IMG/VR virus record: IMGVR_UViG_3300010231_000003
Span: 1-64,000 of that record
Source of the DNA: a virus
Length of the DNA stretch: 64,000 nucleotides
Strand: one strand, 5' to 3'
Position numbers and translations under genes: made by a program. Below, in pieces: positions 14,667 through 23,392 of this stretch. Each line of letters opens with the position of its first letter. The stretch's first letter is position 1. Below the pieces are notes generated by a model. That model had not been told where the DNA came from. It did not search any database and saw only the letters and a program-made list of their open reading frames with translations.

Positions 14667-15875
14667 ATGCAAGAACGTACCACTGCGAAGCAAGTAATTT
14701 ACGAAGAAGGCTCCCGTCCGATCAAAATCTGGACGAATGACATCGAGCCGGAAGCGCTGACGCAGCTCAAGAACCTGTCCCGCCTGCCGTTCATCGCGAA
14801 AGAAGGCGTTGCCTGTATGCCGGATGTCCACGCAGGCATCGGAAGCACCGTTGGCACGGTGATTGCGACGGACAGGGCTGTCATCCCGGCCGCTGTCGGC
14901 GTCGATATCGGCTGTGGCATGGTCGCTACCCGTCTGTCGCTGAAGGCACACCAGTTGCCGGACTCGCTGGCACGCATCCGCAGCGAAATCGAACGTGTTG
15001 TACCGATGGGCACGGGCGGCGAGCACAAGGATGACCGCACCATCGCCTTCCGTGCAAGCCGTCTGAACGATTCCGCCCCGGATCAGGTTTCCCGTATCGT
15101 TGGCGATCACTACCTGAAGAAAGCGGCTGGACAGCTCGGCACGCTCGGCTCCGGCAACCACTTCATCGAAATTTGTATCGACCAGAACGACGACGTGTGG
15201 GTCATGCTGCACTCCGGCTCCCGTGGCATCGGCAACATGATCGGTAAGTACTACATCGAGAAGGGCAAGGAGCTGATGAACCAGTTCCACATTACCCTGC
15301 CGGATGGCGATCTGGCGTACCTGCCTGAAGGTACGGACCTGTTCGAAGACTACGTAGCTGCTGTCCAGTGGGCGCAGGACTACGCGATGGAGAACCGCAA
15401 GGCGATGCTGCAAGCCGTGCTGGATGTGCTCCGCAAGGAGATTCCGATCCAGTTCGGCATCACGGAAGAAGCAATCAACTGCCACCACAACTACGTTACG
15501 AAGGAGAACCACTTTGGAAAGAACCTCTGGATCACACGAAAGGGAGCCATCAAGGCCGGAAAAGACGACCTCGGAATCATCCCCGGAAGCATGGGCCAGC
15601 GTTCTTATATCGTGCGAGGGAAAGGAAACAAGGAATCGTATTGTTCGTGTTCTCACGGAGCGGGGCGTAAGATGTCTCGTTCCGCCGCCCGAAAGAAGTT
15701 CACCCTCGCTGACCTCGCCGCTCAGACCGCAGGAGTGGAATGCCGAAAGGACGACGCCGTACTGGATGAAATTCCGGGCTCGTACAAGGACATCGACGTG
15801 GTGATGGACAACCAGAAATCGCTCGTGGAAGTGGTTCACGTCCTGAAGCAAGTGATGTGCTGTAAAGGGGCGTAA
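14667..15875 (+). CDS. rtcB: RtcB RNA 3'-phosphate ligase
   Basis: 402 aa with GSGNHFIE, HSGSRGIG, CHHNY and a C-terminal ..HVLKQV.. region, matching the RtcB signature. Confidence 0.9.
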   Translation: MQERTTAKQVIYEEGSRPIKIWTNDIEPEALTQLKNLSRLPFIAKEGVACMPDVHAGIGSTVGTVIATDRAVIPAAVGVDIGCGMVATRLSLKAHQLPDSLARIRSEIERVVPMGTGGEHKDDRTIAFRASRLNDSAPDQVSRIVGDHYLKKAAGQLGTLGSGNHFIEICIDQNDDVWVMLHSGSRGIGNMIGKYYIEKGKELMNQFHITLPDGDLAYLPEGTDLFEDYVAAVQWAQDYAMENRKAMLQAVLDVLRKEIPIQFGITEEAINCHHNYVTKENHFGKNLWITRKGAIKAGKDDLGIIPGSMGQRSYIVRGKGNKESYCSCSHGAGRKMSRSAARKKFTLADLAAQTAGVECRKDDAVLDEIPGSYKDIDVVMDNQKSLVEVVHVLKQVMCCKGA

Positions 15876-15876
15876 G

Positions 15877-16119
15877 GTGGATGCACACGAACTGAAAGTG
15901 CGGCAGAGGGAGGCACAAGAGTTCTGCCACGCACACCTGACTGAGTGTTGCCGGGAACTCGTGGAGTGGTCCGCTACAGGCATCCTCTGCGAAGGTAAGG
16001 TGCGAAAGCTTGCAACAATGTTCTCCTTCTGTTCGGATAGCGAGTTGCAACAACTGCACATCGCGGAACGTGCTGTGCAAATGGCAGCGGTTGAACTCGT
16101 AGGGTTGCGGGGGATATGA
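15877..16119 (+). CDS. hypothetical protein (GTG start)
   Basis: 80 aa, translationally coupled to rtcB. Confidence 0.5.
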   Translation: MDAHELKVRQREAQEFCHAHLTECCRELVEWSATGILCEGKVRKLATMFSFCSDSELQQLHIAERAVQMAAVELVGLRGI

Positions 16120-16328
16120 AAGCACTGCTACCGGCGTTGCTGGTAGTGCTGCTTACGGGCTGTGGCGGACCAAATTATGAGTTCGCCCCGCCTGCCTGTC
16201 ACTACGAACCGGCATACATCAAAGAGCTGCGCAGGGAATGTCACCCTCTAGGGAACGACCCTTGCGCTTACGTAACAACGAACGAATATACGTACAAGGC
16301 GGCGAACGCCGTGTGCGAAGGAGAGTAA
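16116..16328 (+). CDS. putative lipoprotein
   Basis: Signal peptide with lipobox LLTGC. 70 aa. Confidence 0.6.
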   Translation: MKALLPALLVVLLTGCGGPNYEFAPPACHYEPAYIKELRRECHPLGNDPCAYVTTNEYTYKAANAVCEGE

Positions 16329-16329
16329 A

Positions 16330-16548
16330 ATGGAAAAACTTGTAAGGCTCACGAAGGCTCTGATTTACGCAGTAGCACTTCTTACGTTGCTCGCCGTCGT
16401 GTTGCCGATTGCGGTCTGGACGAAAGGGCTGTTCATCATAGCCATCGTATTCGGCGTGTTCGTGTGGGCGATCTACACAATGCTGGAGCGCCGCGACTGG
16501 CACAGGAATTGGCGGCAACGTGCGGCGGACTGGAGAAACTACAAATGA
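16330..16548 (+). CDS. small membrane protein
   Basis: 72 aa, two hydrophobic helices, RBS gaaggagag. Confidence 0.6.
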   Translation: MEKLVRLTKALIYAVALLTLLAVVLPIAVWTKGLFIIAIVFGVFVWAIYTMLERRDWHRNWRQRAADWRNYK

Positions 16549-16712
16549 ACGGGCTACCTTACAAGGATACGTTCGCTGCGAAGGGTAGCGAACTCTACCG
16601 TGCACTGACGGAAGGCCCGGAGAAAGACCGGGCGAAAGCAGCTAAGGCTGTCTACGATGCAACCACCGAGCGTATGTATGCTCTGCTGAAGCCGAAGGAG
16701 AAAGTATCATGA
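16545..16712 (+). CDS. hypothetical small protein
   Basis: Start moved to ATG 16545 (MNGLPYKD..) after ggagaaactacaa. ATGA coupling to the upstream gene. Confidence 0.5.
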   Translation: MNGLPYKDTFAAKGSELYRALTEGPEKDRAKAAKAVYDATTERMYALLKPKEKVS

Positions 16713-17017
16713 CGAATTACAAATTCGAGGTAGGACAGAGGGTAGAGATTCACGGTTTGCCCGAGTTCTGTACGGACGCCATCTACAACGGCATGCAGGG
16801 TATGATCGTATCGCTCCCCGGCTTCCATCCTCGTGCGAAGACGGCCTACGCTGTGCTGATCGACAACGTAGGTATCGAGGCAGCAATCGATATGTACCTC
16901 CGTCCCGCTCCGCCGAAGGGCCGGAAGGACTACGACAACGTGACCTCGTGGGCTGAGTTCGACGCCCTGACAGGGGTGAAGAGCATCACGTTCCGTCGCT
17001 CCAATCTGGATTATTGA
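16709..17017 (+). CDS. hypothetical protein
   Basis: 102 aa, RBS gaaggagaaag. Confidence 0.65.
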   Translation: MTNYKFEVGQRVEIHGLPEFCTDAIYNGMQGMIVSLPGFHPRAKTAYAVLIDNVGIEAAIDMYLRPAPPKGRKDYDNVTSWAEFDALTGVKSITFRRSNLDY

Positions 17018-17018
17018 C

Positions 17019-17219
17019 ATGGCACAGGAAAAGGAGAAGTACGAATACATCGCTCACTCCTTCGACCTTCGTGTCGGAGGGAAGCAATACTGCGACGGCT
17101 GCGGACTAGTCGGACTGAACAACCCGTTCACCGACTGGGCTATCAGAATGGGATGCTTGCACCGTCTTCACCCTTCGTACGATAACAAACGCTACGACCT
17201 TACCAAAATCTTTGACTGA
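17019..17219 (+). CDS. hypothetical Cys-containing small protein
   Basis: 66 aa with CDGCG; last gene of the rightward unit. Confidence 0.5.
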   Translation: MAQEKEKYEYIAHSFDLRVGGKQYCDGCGLVGLNNPFTDWAIRMGCLHRLHPSYDNKRYDLTKIFD

Positions 17220-17415
17220 AAGGAAACATATGATAGCCTCCCTATTGGCTCGCCTTCGCGAGCTGTTCAGGAACGACCGAATGCCGCCTACAGGCATGGC
17301 TCCTGCTTGAGCCCGCTCAAGATGTACCGGCCCATTGGGCCTAATATTCAATTGCCCGTTCCATCCGGGCGTTCCATCTGGGGCTCACGCCGACCTCGTA
17401 CTGATGGAACCTTTC

Positions 17416-17444
17416 GCCCCGCCTCGTGCGGGGCTTTTCTTTTC
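17416..17444 (+). terminator. rho-independent terminator
   Basis: GCCCCGC-ctcgt-GCGGGGC followed by TTTTCTTTT. Confidence 0.7.
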
Positions 17445-17542
17445 GCCTATGGCGTGATAGATTGAATGCTCTTCGGGATTTGCTACCCCGCATGTACGGC
17501 CTCGCCTCCTTTCTGTCACTTTGCCTAACGTGGCCGTAGAAA

Positions 17543-17580
17543 CCCCTCCCAGACCCTCCCGCTGGGCGGGGTTTTCTTTT
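17543..17580 (+). terminator. second rho-independent terminator
   Basis: CCCCTCCCAG..CTGGGCGGGG followed by TTTTCTTTT. Confidence 0.6.
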
Positions 17581-18854
17581 ATCCGGACAGGATATACCGC
17601 ATAGCGCCGTTGGCGTCATATTATCTGCACGTAAGTGCTTGATTTTAAAAAATTTTTCCATACTCAGCCATTGGCTGCATACCCTTTCCGCCCGCCAGAA
17701 ATTTTATCAACGCTATTACCGAAACTTTTCTAGCATTTCTCCTATGAAACGTGTTAAAAAATTTTTCTAAAACAGGGCCATTTTCGACACGTTTTGGGAC
17801 ATGTTGGGAAACATCGTTTTAGCTCAAGAGCGGGAGGGTGGCTTAACCGCTCGCCGTGGCCTTGGGCATGGCCCGCTAAGGGCACAGAAATATCATAGGA
17901 GAGGCCGTCAGGGGATGGACAGGGCAAACCATGCCCAATGGGCCGGACGCCTCCTAGACCCCTTAAAACGCGTCTATGCCCCTGTGTATAAAATGCAGAC
18001 GGACGTTTGCCCCGTATACAGGGGCGTATGGATGAGGAATCGTATCCGTGCCAATGGCACAGGAATGCCCCTAGGGCTCGTGTATAGGGCCGCTATAGGG
18101 CGATTGGACGTGTGGACGTGGGGTACACAGGGGACGTACTGCAAACGCGTCCTAGCTCGTTTAAAGAGTTATGTGTTTGGCCTATGGCCTAATGCATATC
18201 TATGCTGTTTGATGGGGGCCAGTGGCCCGGATACGCAAGTTTCATGCCAAGAAAGAAGAGTTAGCAATGCTGGCGAGCTTAACCAGCCCGCCCGCCTGTG
18301 TCATTGGATACAGTTATGAGACGCTATAGTGCCATTGGCACGGCGTATATGTGCCCCTGTACCCCTGTTATTAACAATGTGTATGGACTGTATGTTGTGC
18401 CATTGGCACGTGAATAACTGACCCCATAGGGGCCATATGCTGTATGTGAATGATGTATGAGAACGTTATTATTTGACGTTATATAGTGCCAATGGCACGA
18501 CGTATGTACATGGGCCTATGGCCCGGACAGTACGTTAGCGGATTGGCCCGTAAGGGGGCCAATGGAGGAAAGGGCAGGAGATGGGCCAAAGGCCCGGTAG
18601 ATATGTGTTGTGCCTATGGCACTATAGTACGCTATATGCTTTGCAGCATAACACTGTTGTATGTACGTGCCACAGGAAGCGATTAGAGCCGTTTAAACGG
18701 TGCGGGGTATGCCAGCGTACCAACAAGGGGCCATTCGTTGAGCCTAGGCCCGTTCTGATGCGTCCTAGGGCCATTGGCCCATGTAGCACTACGTACAGGT
18801 ACGGCAGACAGGTGTATGTGAGTGGTCAAGTACAGATACGTGAGTAATCAAGTA

Positions 18855-18884
18855 TTGACTAAAAGAAATGACCCCATATAGGGG
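18855..18884 (-). terminator. terminator at the end of the leftward small-gene block
   Basis: Minus strand reads CCCCTATATGGGG followed by tcaTTTCTTTT. Confidence 0.5.
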
Positions 18885-18894
18885 CCGTCTCGTG

Positions 18895-19050
18895 TCACGC
18901 ATCAGGATGCGGATACTGGGAAACATCACGGGCCAGATCGATAAGCCGTTTTGCTTGATCGTTTGTCAGTCCGCTATGCTCGGCGTATTTCTCGATAGTG
19001 AGGTAATTATTGACGTAATCGAGATACGCGTTAATCAGAATGTCCCTCAT
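18895..19050 (-). CDS. hypothetical small protein (51 aa)
   Basis: Not in the ORF track (under 60 aa). MRDILINAYLDYVNNYLTIEKYAEHSGL.. after aaggatgaattgaa. Abuts the upstream stop. Confidence 0.5.
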   Translation of the reverse strand: MRDILINAYLDYVNNYLTIEKYAEHSGLTNDQAKRLIDLARDVSQYPHPDA

Positions 19051-19051
19051 T

Positions 19052-19291
19052 TCAATTCATCCTTTCTTTGATATAGATACGCTGGCCGGAAATGTCGCAA
19101 GCGGCCGACCATGCGTTATAAACATGTTCCCCTATACGTCCGGGCTGTTCGTAGCGGATACCGAAATGATCGCAGCGCATTTCTGTGCAGAATGCATCCA
19201 GCGCTTGCCCCGGCGTTATGGCGTCAAGCGTTGCTGTAGTTTTCAAACGGTTAGCTTTACCGTGATAAAGCACGAATTCAAATTGACGCAT
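19052..19291 (-). CDS. hypothetical protein
   Basis: 79 aa, tightly packed in the leftward block. Confidence 0.6.
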   Translation of the reverse strand: MRQFEFVLYHGKANRLKTTATLDAITPGQALDAFCTEMRCDHFGIRYEQPGRIGEHVYNAWSAACDISGQRIYIKERMN

Positions 19292-19292
19292 A

Positions 19293-19538
19293 TTATTCCT
19301 CTTCGTTGAACTGGCTTACAAACGCGTCCACTTTCGATTGCAGCGTTTTATATTCGCTTTCAACTTTGGTTAAGCGGTTTTGGTAATAGGTCAATGCTTC
19401 TACAAAAGCGGCGTCAGATGTTTTTGCACGCATCGATAGATTCATGCCCCGCGTTTTATCCCATAACCAATAACCGTCACGGCACAGCGAAAGGGTTAAT
19501 GTAGGGGATAACACGGTGGAAGAAATGGCCTTACTCAT
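19293..19538 (-). CDS. hypothetical protein
   Basis: 81 aa, coiled-coil-like C-terminus. Confidence 0.6.
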   Translation of the reverse strand: MSKAISSTVLSPTLTLSLCRDGYWLWDKTRGMNLSMRAKTSDAAFVEALTYYQNRLTKVESEYKTLQSKVDAFVSQFNEEE

Positions 19539-19864
19539 TATTCACCTTTCTTCGATAACAGCATGGTTGCGGCAAACTTGATTGCCGTATCTTCCGGGTT
19601 CCATTCGTAATGCGGTTTGGAGATTTGCCCGGACATGCTGCGCGACTGGCTGTAATAAAGCTGTTCCGTGTCGGCGTCCAATACTTCGGCGTACGTGGCC
19701 CCGTATTTGTTGATTTGAAGATTGCGCATGACGTTAAGGCCAGCTTCAAACAAATTCGTGCCGTGCGTCACCTTGACGATTTCATTACGGAAGACGTAAC
19801 GCGTTTTGAGTTTCAACGGCGCCGCTTTGGTTTTGCCGTTGTTCATTACGATTTTGTCAGTCAT
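19538..19864 (-). CDS. hypothetical protein
   Basis: Start moved to ATG 19864 (MTDKIVMNNG..) after ccaaggaaataac. Confidence 0.6.
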   Translation of the reverse strand: MTDKIVMNNGKTKAAPLKLKTRYVFRNEIVKVTHGTNLFEAGLNVMRNLQINKYGATYAEVLDADTEQLYYSQSRSMSGQISKPHYEWNPEDTAIKFAATMLLSKKGE

Positions 19865-19878
19865 GTTATTTCCTTGGG

Positions 19879-20106
19879 TTAGTTCATTTGGTATGAGATG
19901 AGATTGCATTCGGTATCGCCTTTGATACCGGCAATCTTCTTTTTGGAGATGATGCAAAACGTCCGCGTCATTGTGTAAAGCTTGTCGCCAACAATACGCG
20001 CCGGAATCGCTTTGCTAATCGTGTTGCCATTAGGCCGGACAATTTCAATGTCGGCCAATGCGTTAATCTTGCGAGCGTTGCCGCTACGCATGCGAGTCTG
20101 TTTCAT
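19879..20106 (-). CDS. hypothetical protein
   Basis: 75 aa, RBS aaaggatagaac. Confidence 0.6.
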   Translation of the reverse strand: MKQTRMRSGNARKINALADIEIVRPNGNTISKAIPARIVGDKLYTMTRTFCIISKKKIAGIKGDTECNLISYQMN

Positions 20107-20120
20107 GTTCTATCCTTTTC

Positions 20121-20170
20121 AAGAGAACCCGACATAGCGCACGCGTAATGCGCTATAGCTGATTAGCTCT
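20121..20170 (-). repeat. conserved intergenic hairpin element, copy 1
   Basis: AAGAGCTAATCAGCT-ATAGCGCA-loop-TGCGCTAT-GTCGGGTTCTCTT (minus-strand reading). Nearly identical to the copy at 23968. Confidence 0.75.
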
Positions 20171-20171
20171 T

Positions 20172-20390
20172 TTACTGTAATGGACGGGACAACAAGATAT
20201 AGATGCCTGTCTGTGCATTCCAAAACGCGGGATACATGACGCCTTTGTATTTGAAATGGTCCATTCCCCTAAATGAATATGGCTTTTGCCGAATCGTTGC
20301 GATTGGCTTTTCGTATCCGGGCTCTTGTTCCTCATACGCATGTGTACGGAAAACCAAAACCGTATTAGGCGCTTTATATTTGCGGTCCAT
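20172..20390 (-). CDS. hypothetical protein
   Basis: 72 aa. Confidence 0.55.
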   Translation of the reverse strand: MDRKYKAPNTVLVFRTHAYEEQEPGYEKPIATIRQKPYSFRGMDHFKYKGVMYPAFWNAQTGIYILLSRPLQ

Positions 20391-20630
20391 TTAATACCCC
20401 TTTTCGATTGCCCATTTTTCGATATCGTCCAGAATGGCGGGCTCCATTACATGGGCCATGCCGTCATTGCTTTCGAGTTCGCCTGTATCCTGTGCACAGG
20501 AAAGCGATGCGTTATAGCGTTTGCCTGTGGACGATTTGTATTCGATATACACGCCGTTTCCGCCCTCACCGTTTACATTCAAAATCAGCTCAACGGAGTA
20601 TTGCCCGAATTTCTCATTAAACACGTTCAT
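20391..20630 (-). CDS. hypothetical protein
   Basis: 79 aa. Confidence 0.6.
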   Translation of the reverse strand: MNVFNEKFGQYSVELILNVNGEGGNGVYIEYKSSTGKRYNASLSCAQDTGELESNDGMAHVMEPAILDDIEKWAIEKGY

Positions 20631-21106
20631 TTCGATTTACCTTTCATCGGTCGAATGGTGATGCACATTCCACGGCCAGCGCCTTTACCGTGCCACAGAG
20701 CCCCGTGCACGTCGATAACCCGAATGTGCGTGATAGTCGATCCATGCCAGCCCGAACGGCTATCGCCTTCCGAAATGACGCGGCCCAAGATGTTACCTTT
20801 CCAGCCCGTTACGTGTTTACCGTCGCTGGACAGATAGCAGAAAAACGGCTTGGTACGGTCGAGCAATTCCCGTCGCTCGCGGATGTTTACCCCATCGTCA
20901 GAAAACACATTGCCGTTATGGTCCCGTGCGTAATTCGTCGTGATGCCGTCTTGCGCTGCAATGAATTTCTTGCCCGTTTCAGTGCACGTCAATTCGTCCC
21001 CGAATTTGATTACCGGCATTCCGTTAATGTCTTTGTCCATTTCAATATTCCATTTGTCAGTTAATCCGTGAATGCCCACGTTTGATTTATGCTCGCGCAT
21101 GGGCAT
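20627..21106 (-). CDS. hypothetical protein
   Basis: 159 aa, overlaps the downstream start by 4 nt. Confidence 0.6.
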   Translation of the reverse strand: MPMREHKSNVGIHGLTDKWNIEMDKDINGMPVIKFGDELTCTETGKKFIAAQDGITTNYARDHNGNVFSDDGVNIRERRELLDRTKPFFCYLSSDGKHVTGWKGNILGRVISEGDSRSGWHGSTITHIRVIDVHGALWHGKGAGRGMCITIRPMKGKSK

Positions 21107-21127
21107 TGGCTGATTAACGCTATCGCA

Positions 21128-21613
21128 TTAGTTGTTCCAGAAATAATGTCCGTCCGATTCGAAAAACGATTCGATCATTAATTCATGAGCGTAATGTTTC
21201 CAGTCGATGAAACTAAACATCGGGTGATTATCATCGATAAGGCCCGCTTCTATTGCATGTTCCATTGCGAAGTCTTCAGGCGAATTGTATTTCCCCCTGA
21301 AATTCTCTTGTGCATCTTTAAACTCGCATTCACCATTATTGGCGATATATGCGGCCCACATTTCACGGTCACTTTCACTTAATGCGGCAAGCTCGAAAAC
21401 CTTTTCATCAATCGATGATTCGGAAATCAAGTCTTTCGGAATGTCTTCCCAGTCTTGAAACATGAATTCCGGATCGTGTTCATTTTTATGCAATTCCTTA
21501 CATGCCTCGTAAAACTCGTCTTTATCGGCATAGTCTTCAATGTCCAGCCATGCACCGTAAAGATTGCCGCTATTGTATTTGCCGTACGTGCCGACATAAA
21601 CGCGCATAGTCAT
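21128..21613 (-). CDS. ardA: ArdA-like antirestriction protein
   Basis: N-terminus VYVGTYGKYNSGNLYGAWLDIEDYADKDEFYEACKELHKNEHDPEFMFQDWEDIP matches my recollection of the ArdA family. Acidic, 161 aa. Confidence 0.7.
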   Translation of the reverse strand: MTMRVYVGTYGKYNSGNLYGAWLDIEDYADKDEFYEACKELHKNEHDPEFMFQDWEDIPKDLISESSIDEKVFELAALSESDREMWAAYIANNGECEFKDAQENFRGKYNSPEDFAMEHAIEAGLIDDNHPMFSFIDWKHYAHELMIESFFESDGHYFWNN

Positions 21614-21624
21614 TTCATTTCCCC

Positions 21625-21978
21625 TTATTCACCGTACGCCGATTCGATTTGATTGCCGCAATACTCGCAAATCAAGTCTTTATCTTCCCAGTTGATATCG
21701 CATGCGATTGCGCCGTTATGCAACAAGTCACGCGATACGCTTTTGTATTCTTTCCGTGCGCAATCCATGCAAATGCAATCTCCGTCGTTATTCACGAGGA
21801 AAAGCGGATAACCGCCGGGCCATGCATGCTTACCGTTGCGGATAGTTGCCCGCAATTCCAGCGTGGTATGAATACGCTTGAACGTACAGATGTATTTCGG
21901 ACGGATAACGGTTAATTCCGTTTTGTGCGTCAAATCTCCGAACGATTCAAACACATTAGCGAATTGATCGTAGGACAT
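21625..21978 (-). CDS. hypothetical Cys-rich protein
   Basis: 117 aa with WPGGYPLFLVNNDGDCICMDC..CEYCG (zinc-ribbon-like). Confidence 0.6.
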   Translation of the reverse strand: MSYDQFANVFESFGDLTHKTELTVIRPKYICTFKRIHTTLELRATIRNGKHAWPGGYPLFLVNNDGDCICMDCARKEYKSVSRDLLHNGAIACDINWEDKDLICEYCGNQIESAYGE

Positions 21979-22280
21979 TATTTTTCCTTTACCTTGAATT
22001 CGTAGTTAGTGACGGGCTGAATAGTCACGCCGTAATGCTCTAGAAACGCGCCATAAGCGCTTGCAAGCGTTTGCCATGCATCCGCATCATCTGGGATGCC
22101 AAGTAGCTCTAAACGCTTGTCTATGGCCCGTTCATAGCATCGGGGCATATTGTTTGCATCGGCTCCGATGTCAGTTGTTACGCCGTGCCCATTAACCCGA
22201 ATCACAAAGCTATTCGGGTTTTGCTTATGGCGGCGAAACGTGATGCCACGCGGCGCACCGTTTGAGTATAGAAGTTTCAT
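21978..22280 (-). CDS. hypothetical protein
   Basis: 100 aa. Confidence 0.6.
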   Translation of the reverse strand: MKLLYSNGAPRGITFRRHKQNPNSFVIRVNGHGVTTDIGADANNMPRCYERAIDKRLELLGIPDDADAWQTLASAYGAFLEHYGVTIQPVTNYEFKVKEK

Positions 22281-22285
22281 AGCCT

Positions 22286-22344
22286 TGAATGTTAGTTAGT
22301 CCGACAATGCCGACTAGTGAAAACATCGGCATTAGCTGAATAGC
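22286..22344 (-). repeat. intergenic hairpin element, variant copy
   Basis: GAATGTTAG, then stem AATGCCGA/TCGGCATT, then AGCTGAATAGCT. Shares the flanking motifs of the other copies. Confidence 0.55.
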
Positions 22345-22680
22345 TTACATTTCCTCGTACGTCTTAGCGGCCCATTCAATGAACGGGGTAACACCCAATC
22401 CATGCAAGCCGTATCCGATTGCGTCACCAGCGTACGAAACAACGTGACTATCGGAATGCCCAAGCGCTTTCGATATGAATACGCCGACGATTGCCACGCT
22501 AGCGCCGGTAATCAGGCGTTGCGCTAACGAATGCTCTTTTCCGAACATGGATGAGCAAATAGGCCGGATAACGTTGATCCGTGCAATTGCTTTCATTACA
22601 AACGGCGTCCGTTCTTTTGCCTGTGGCATGACAGACAGTTTGTTTTTACGACGGAGGGGCGACACGTTATGACGAAGCAT
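22345..22680 (-). CDS. hypothetical membrane-associated protein
   Basis: 111 aa, hydrophobic central segment, RBS aaaggaataataaaa. Confidence 0.55.
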   Translation of the reverse strand: MLRHNVSPLRRKNKLSVMPQAKERTPFVMKAIARINVIRPICSSMFGKEHSLAQRLITGASVAIVGVFISKALGHSDSHVVSYAGDAIGYGLHGLGVTPFIEWAAKTYEEM

Positions 22681-22704
22681 TTTTATTATTCCTTTCAGTT
22701 GTTA

Positions 22705-23319
22705 TTAGATATTGAAAAACGATTTGATGTCGTGATGCTTTTTACTTCCCGGTGCATGAATAAACATCACTTGAGTATTACCTACCATTGCATTAAACGG
22801 CTTTACCTTGAATTCAGTTACAACGAAATCATGTTCGGCAAGCCATTTAATAATCTTATCGTCGTGCAACCACATACGCGCCTGTTCTGCGCTTGCGAAG
22901 CCATAACGCCAGTTTTCGGCATCCTCAGTTAATGGCGTGCCGTTCACGAGCGCCCAAAGCGGGTCAGGGTTAATCAGACTACGCGCCGCCATTTGACGGC
23001 CCAATTTCGAGTCTGACCAAGGCGACGGATGCAACGCCCGGTTTTTGCTGTTGTCGTAATAGGGGCATTCACCTAAACCGGGGTAGGGCTCACAGTTATA
23101 CATGCCCTTGCCGTTATTCTTGTTTTCGATACGGAAAACCGTAACGGGCTCAACCGGCCCCATATTCAAACCGTCGCCGTTCATAATCGCTTCGGCTTCG
23201 TCCAATTCTGGCGGTTCAAAGTTATTCAAATCGGCCGGAAAGCACAGAATTTCGTTTCCATCGTTCGTCAGAATCAGTATTGCGCCGTCGTCATCGCGAT
23301 GTACTTTTATTTTCAACAT
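22705..23319 (-). CDS. hypothetical protein
   Basis: Start moved to ATG 23319 (MLKIKVHRDDDG..) after aagaggaataacaaa. 204 aa. Confidence 0.6.
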   Translation of the reverse strand: MLKIKVHRDDDGAILILTNDGNEILCFPADLNNFEPPELDEAEAIMNGDGLNMGPVEPVTVFRIENKNNGKGMYNCEPYPGLGECPYYDNSKNRALHPSPWSDSKLGRQMAARSLINPDPLWALVNGTPLTEDAENWRYGFASAEQARMWLHDDKIIKWLAEHDFVVTEFKVKPFNAMVGNTQVMFIHAPGSKKHHDIKSFFNI

Positions 23320-23392
23320 TTTGTTATTCCTCTTGGGGTTGTAATAGTAAATCCATGTATGCCACGCAATAACGCGGGCATACATTGAGCTA

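Larger units (their letters stand above)
17329..18780. repeat. array of 13 short palindromes (GTGCCAWTGGCAC / GGGCCNWNGGCCC) in a 1.65-kb coding desert
   Basis: Copies start at 17329, 17665, 17933, 18048, 18179, 18216, 18329, 18396, 18486, 18511, 18582, 18610 and 18768. Three have an extended TATAGTGCC flank. Confidence 0.8.

Noticed and set aside
17230-17310. 26-codon plus-strand frame (MIASLLARLRELFRNDRMPPTGMAPA) after the last rightward gene, with aaaggaaacat upstream.
   Set aside because: It is very short and has no supporting features beyond a moderate RBS. It cannot be supported from sequence alone.
17329-18780. Reading the TGGCAC half-sites as sigma54 (-24/-12) promoters, or the array as a CRISPR locus.
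   Set aside because: Only one copy (18052) has anything like TGGCAC-N5-TGC, and no enhancer-binding protein gene is present. The repeats are 13-bp dyads with irregular 25-340-bp spacing, not 25-40-bp direct repeats with uniform spacers, and there are no cas genes.
17341-18847. Tracked ORFs in the palindrome desert: 17341-17661 minus, 17801-18319 plus, 18486-18686 plus and 18581-18847 plus.
   Set aside because: They have no Shine-Dalgarno sequence, odd Trp/Cys/Arg/Gly-rich composition, and run through terminator hairpins and the repeated dyads. I treat them as non-coding.
18868-19071. Plus-strand 67-aa ORF at the end of the small-gene block.
   Set aside because: The opposite strand has a 51-aa frame (18895-19050) with a good RBS, abutting the upstream stop and matching the block orientation. 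The plus ORF has no RBS.
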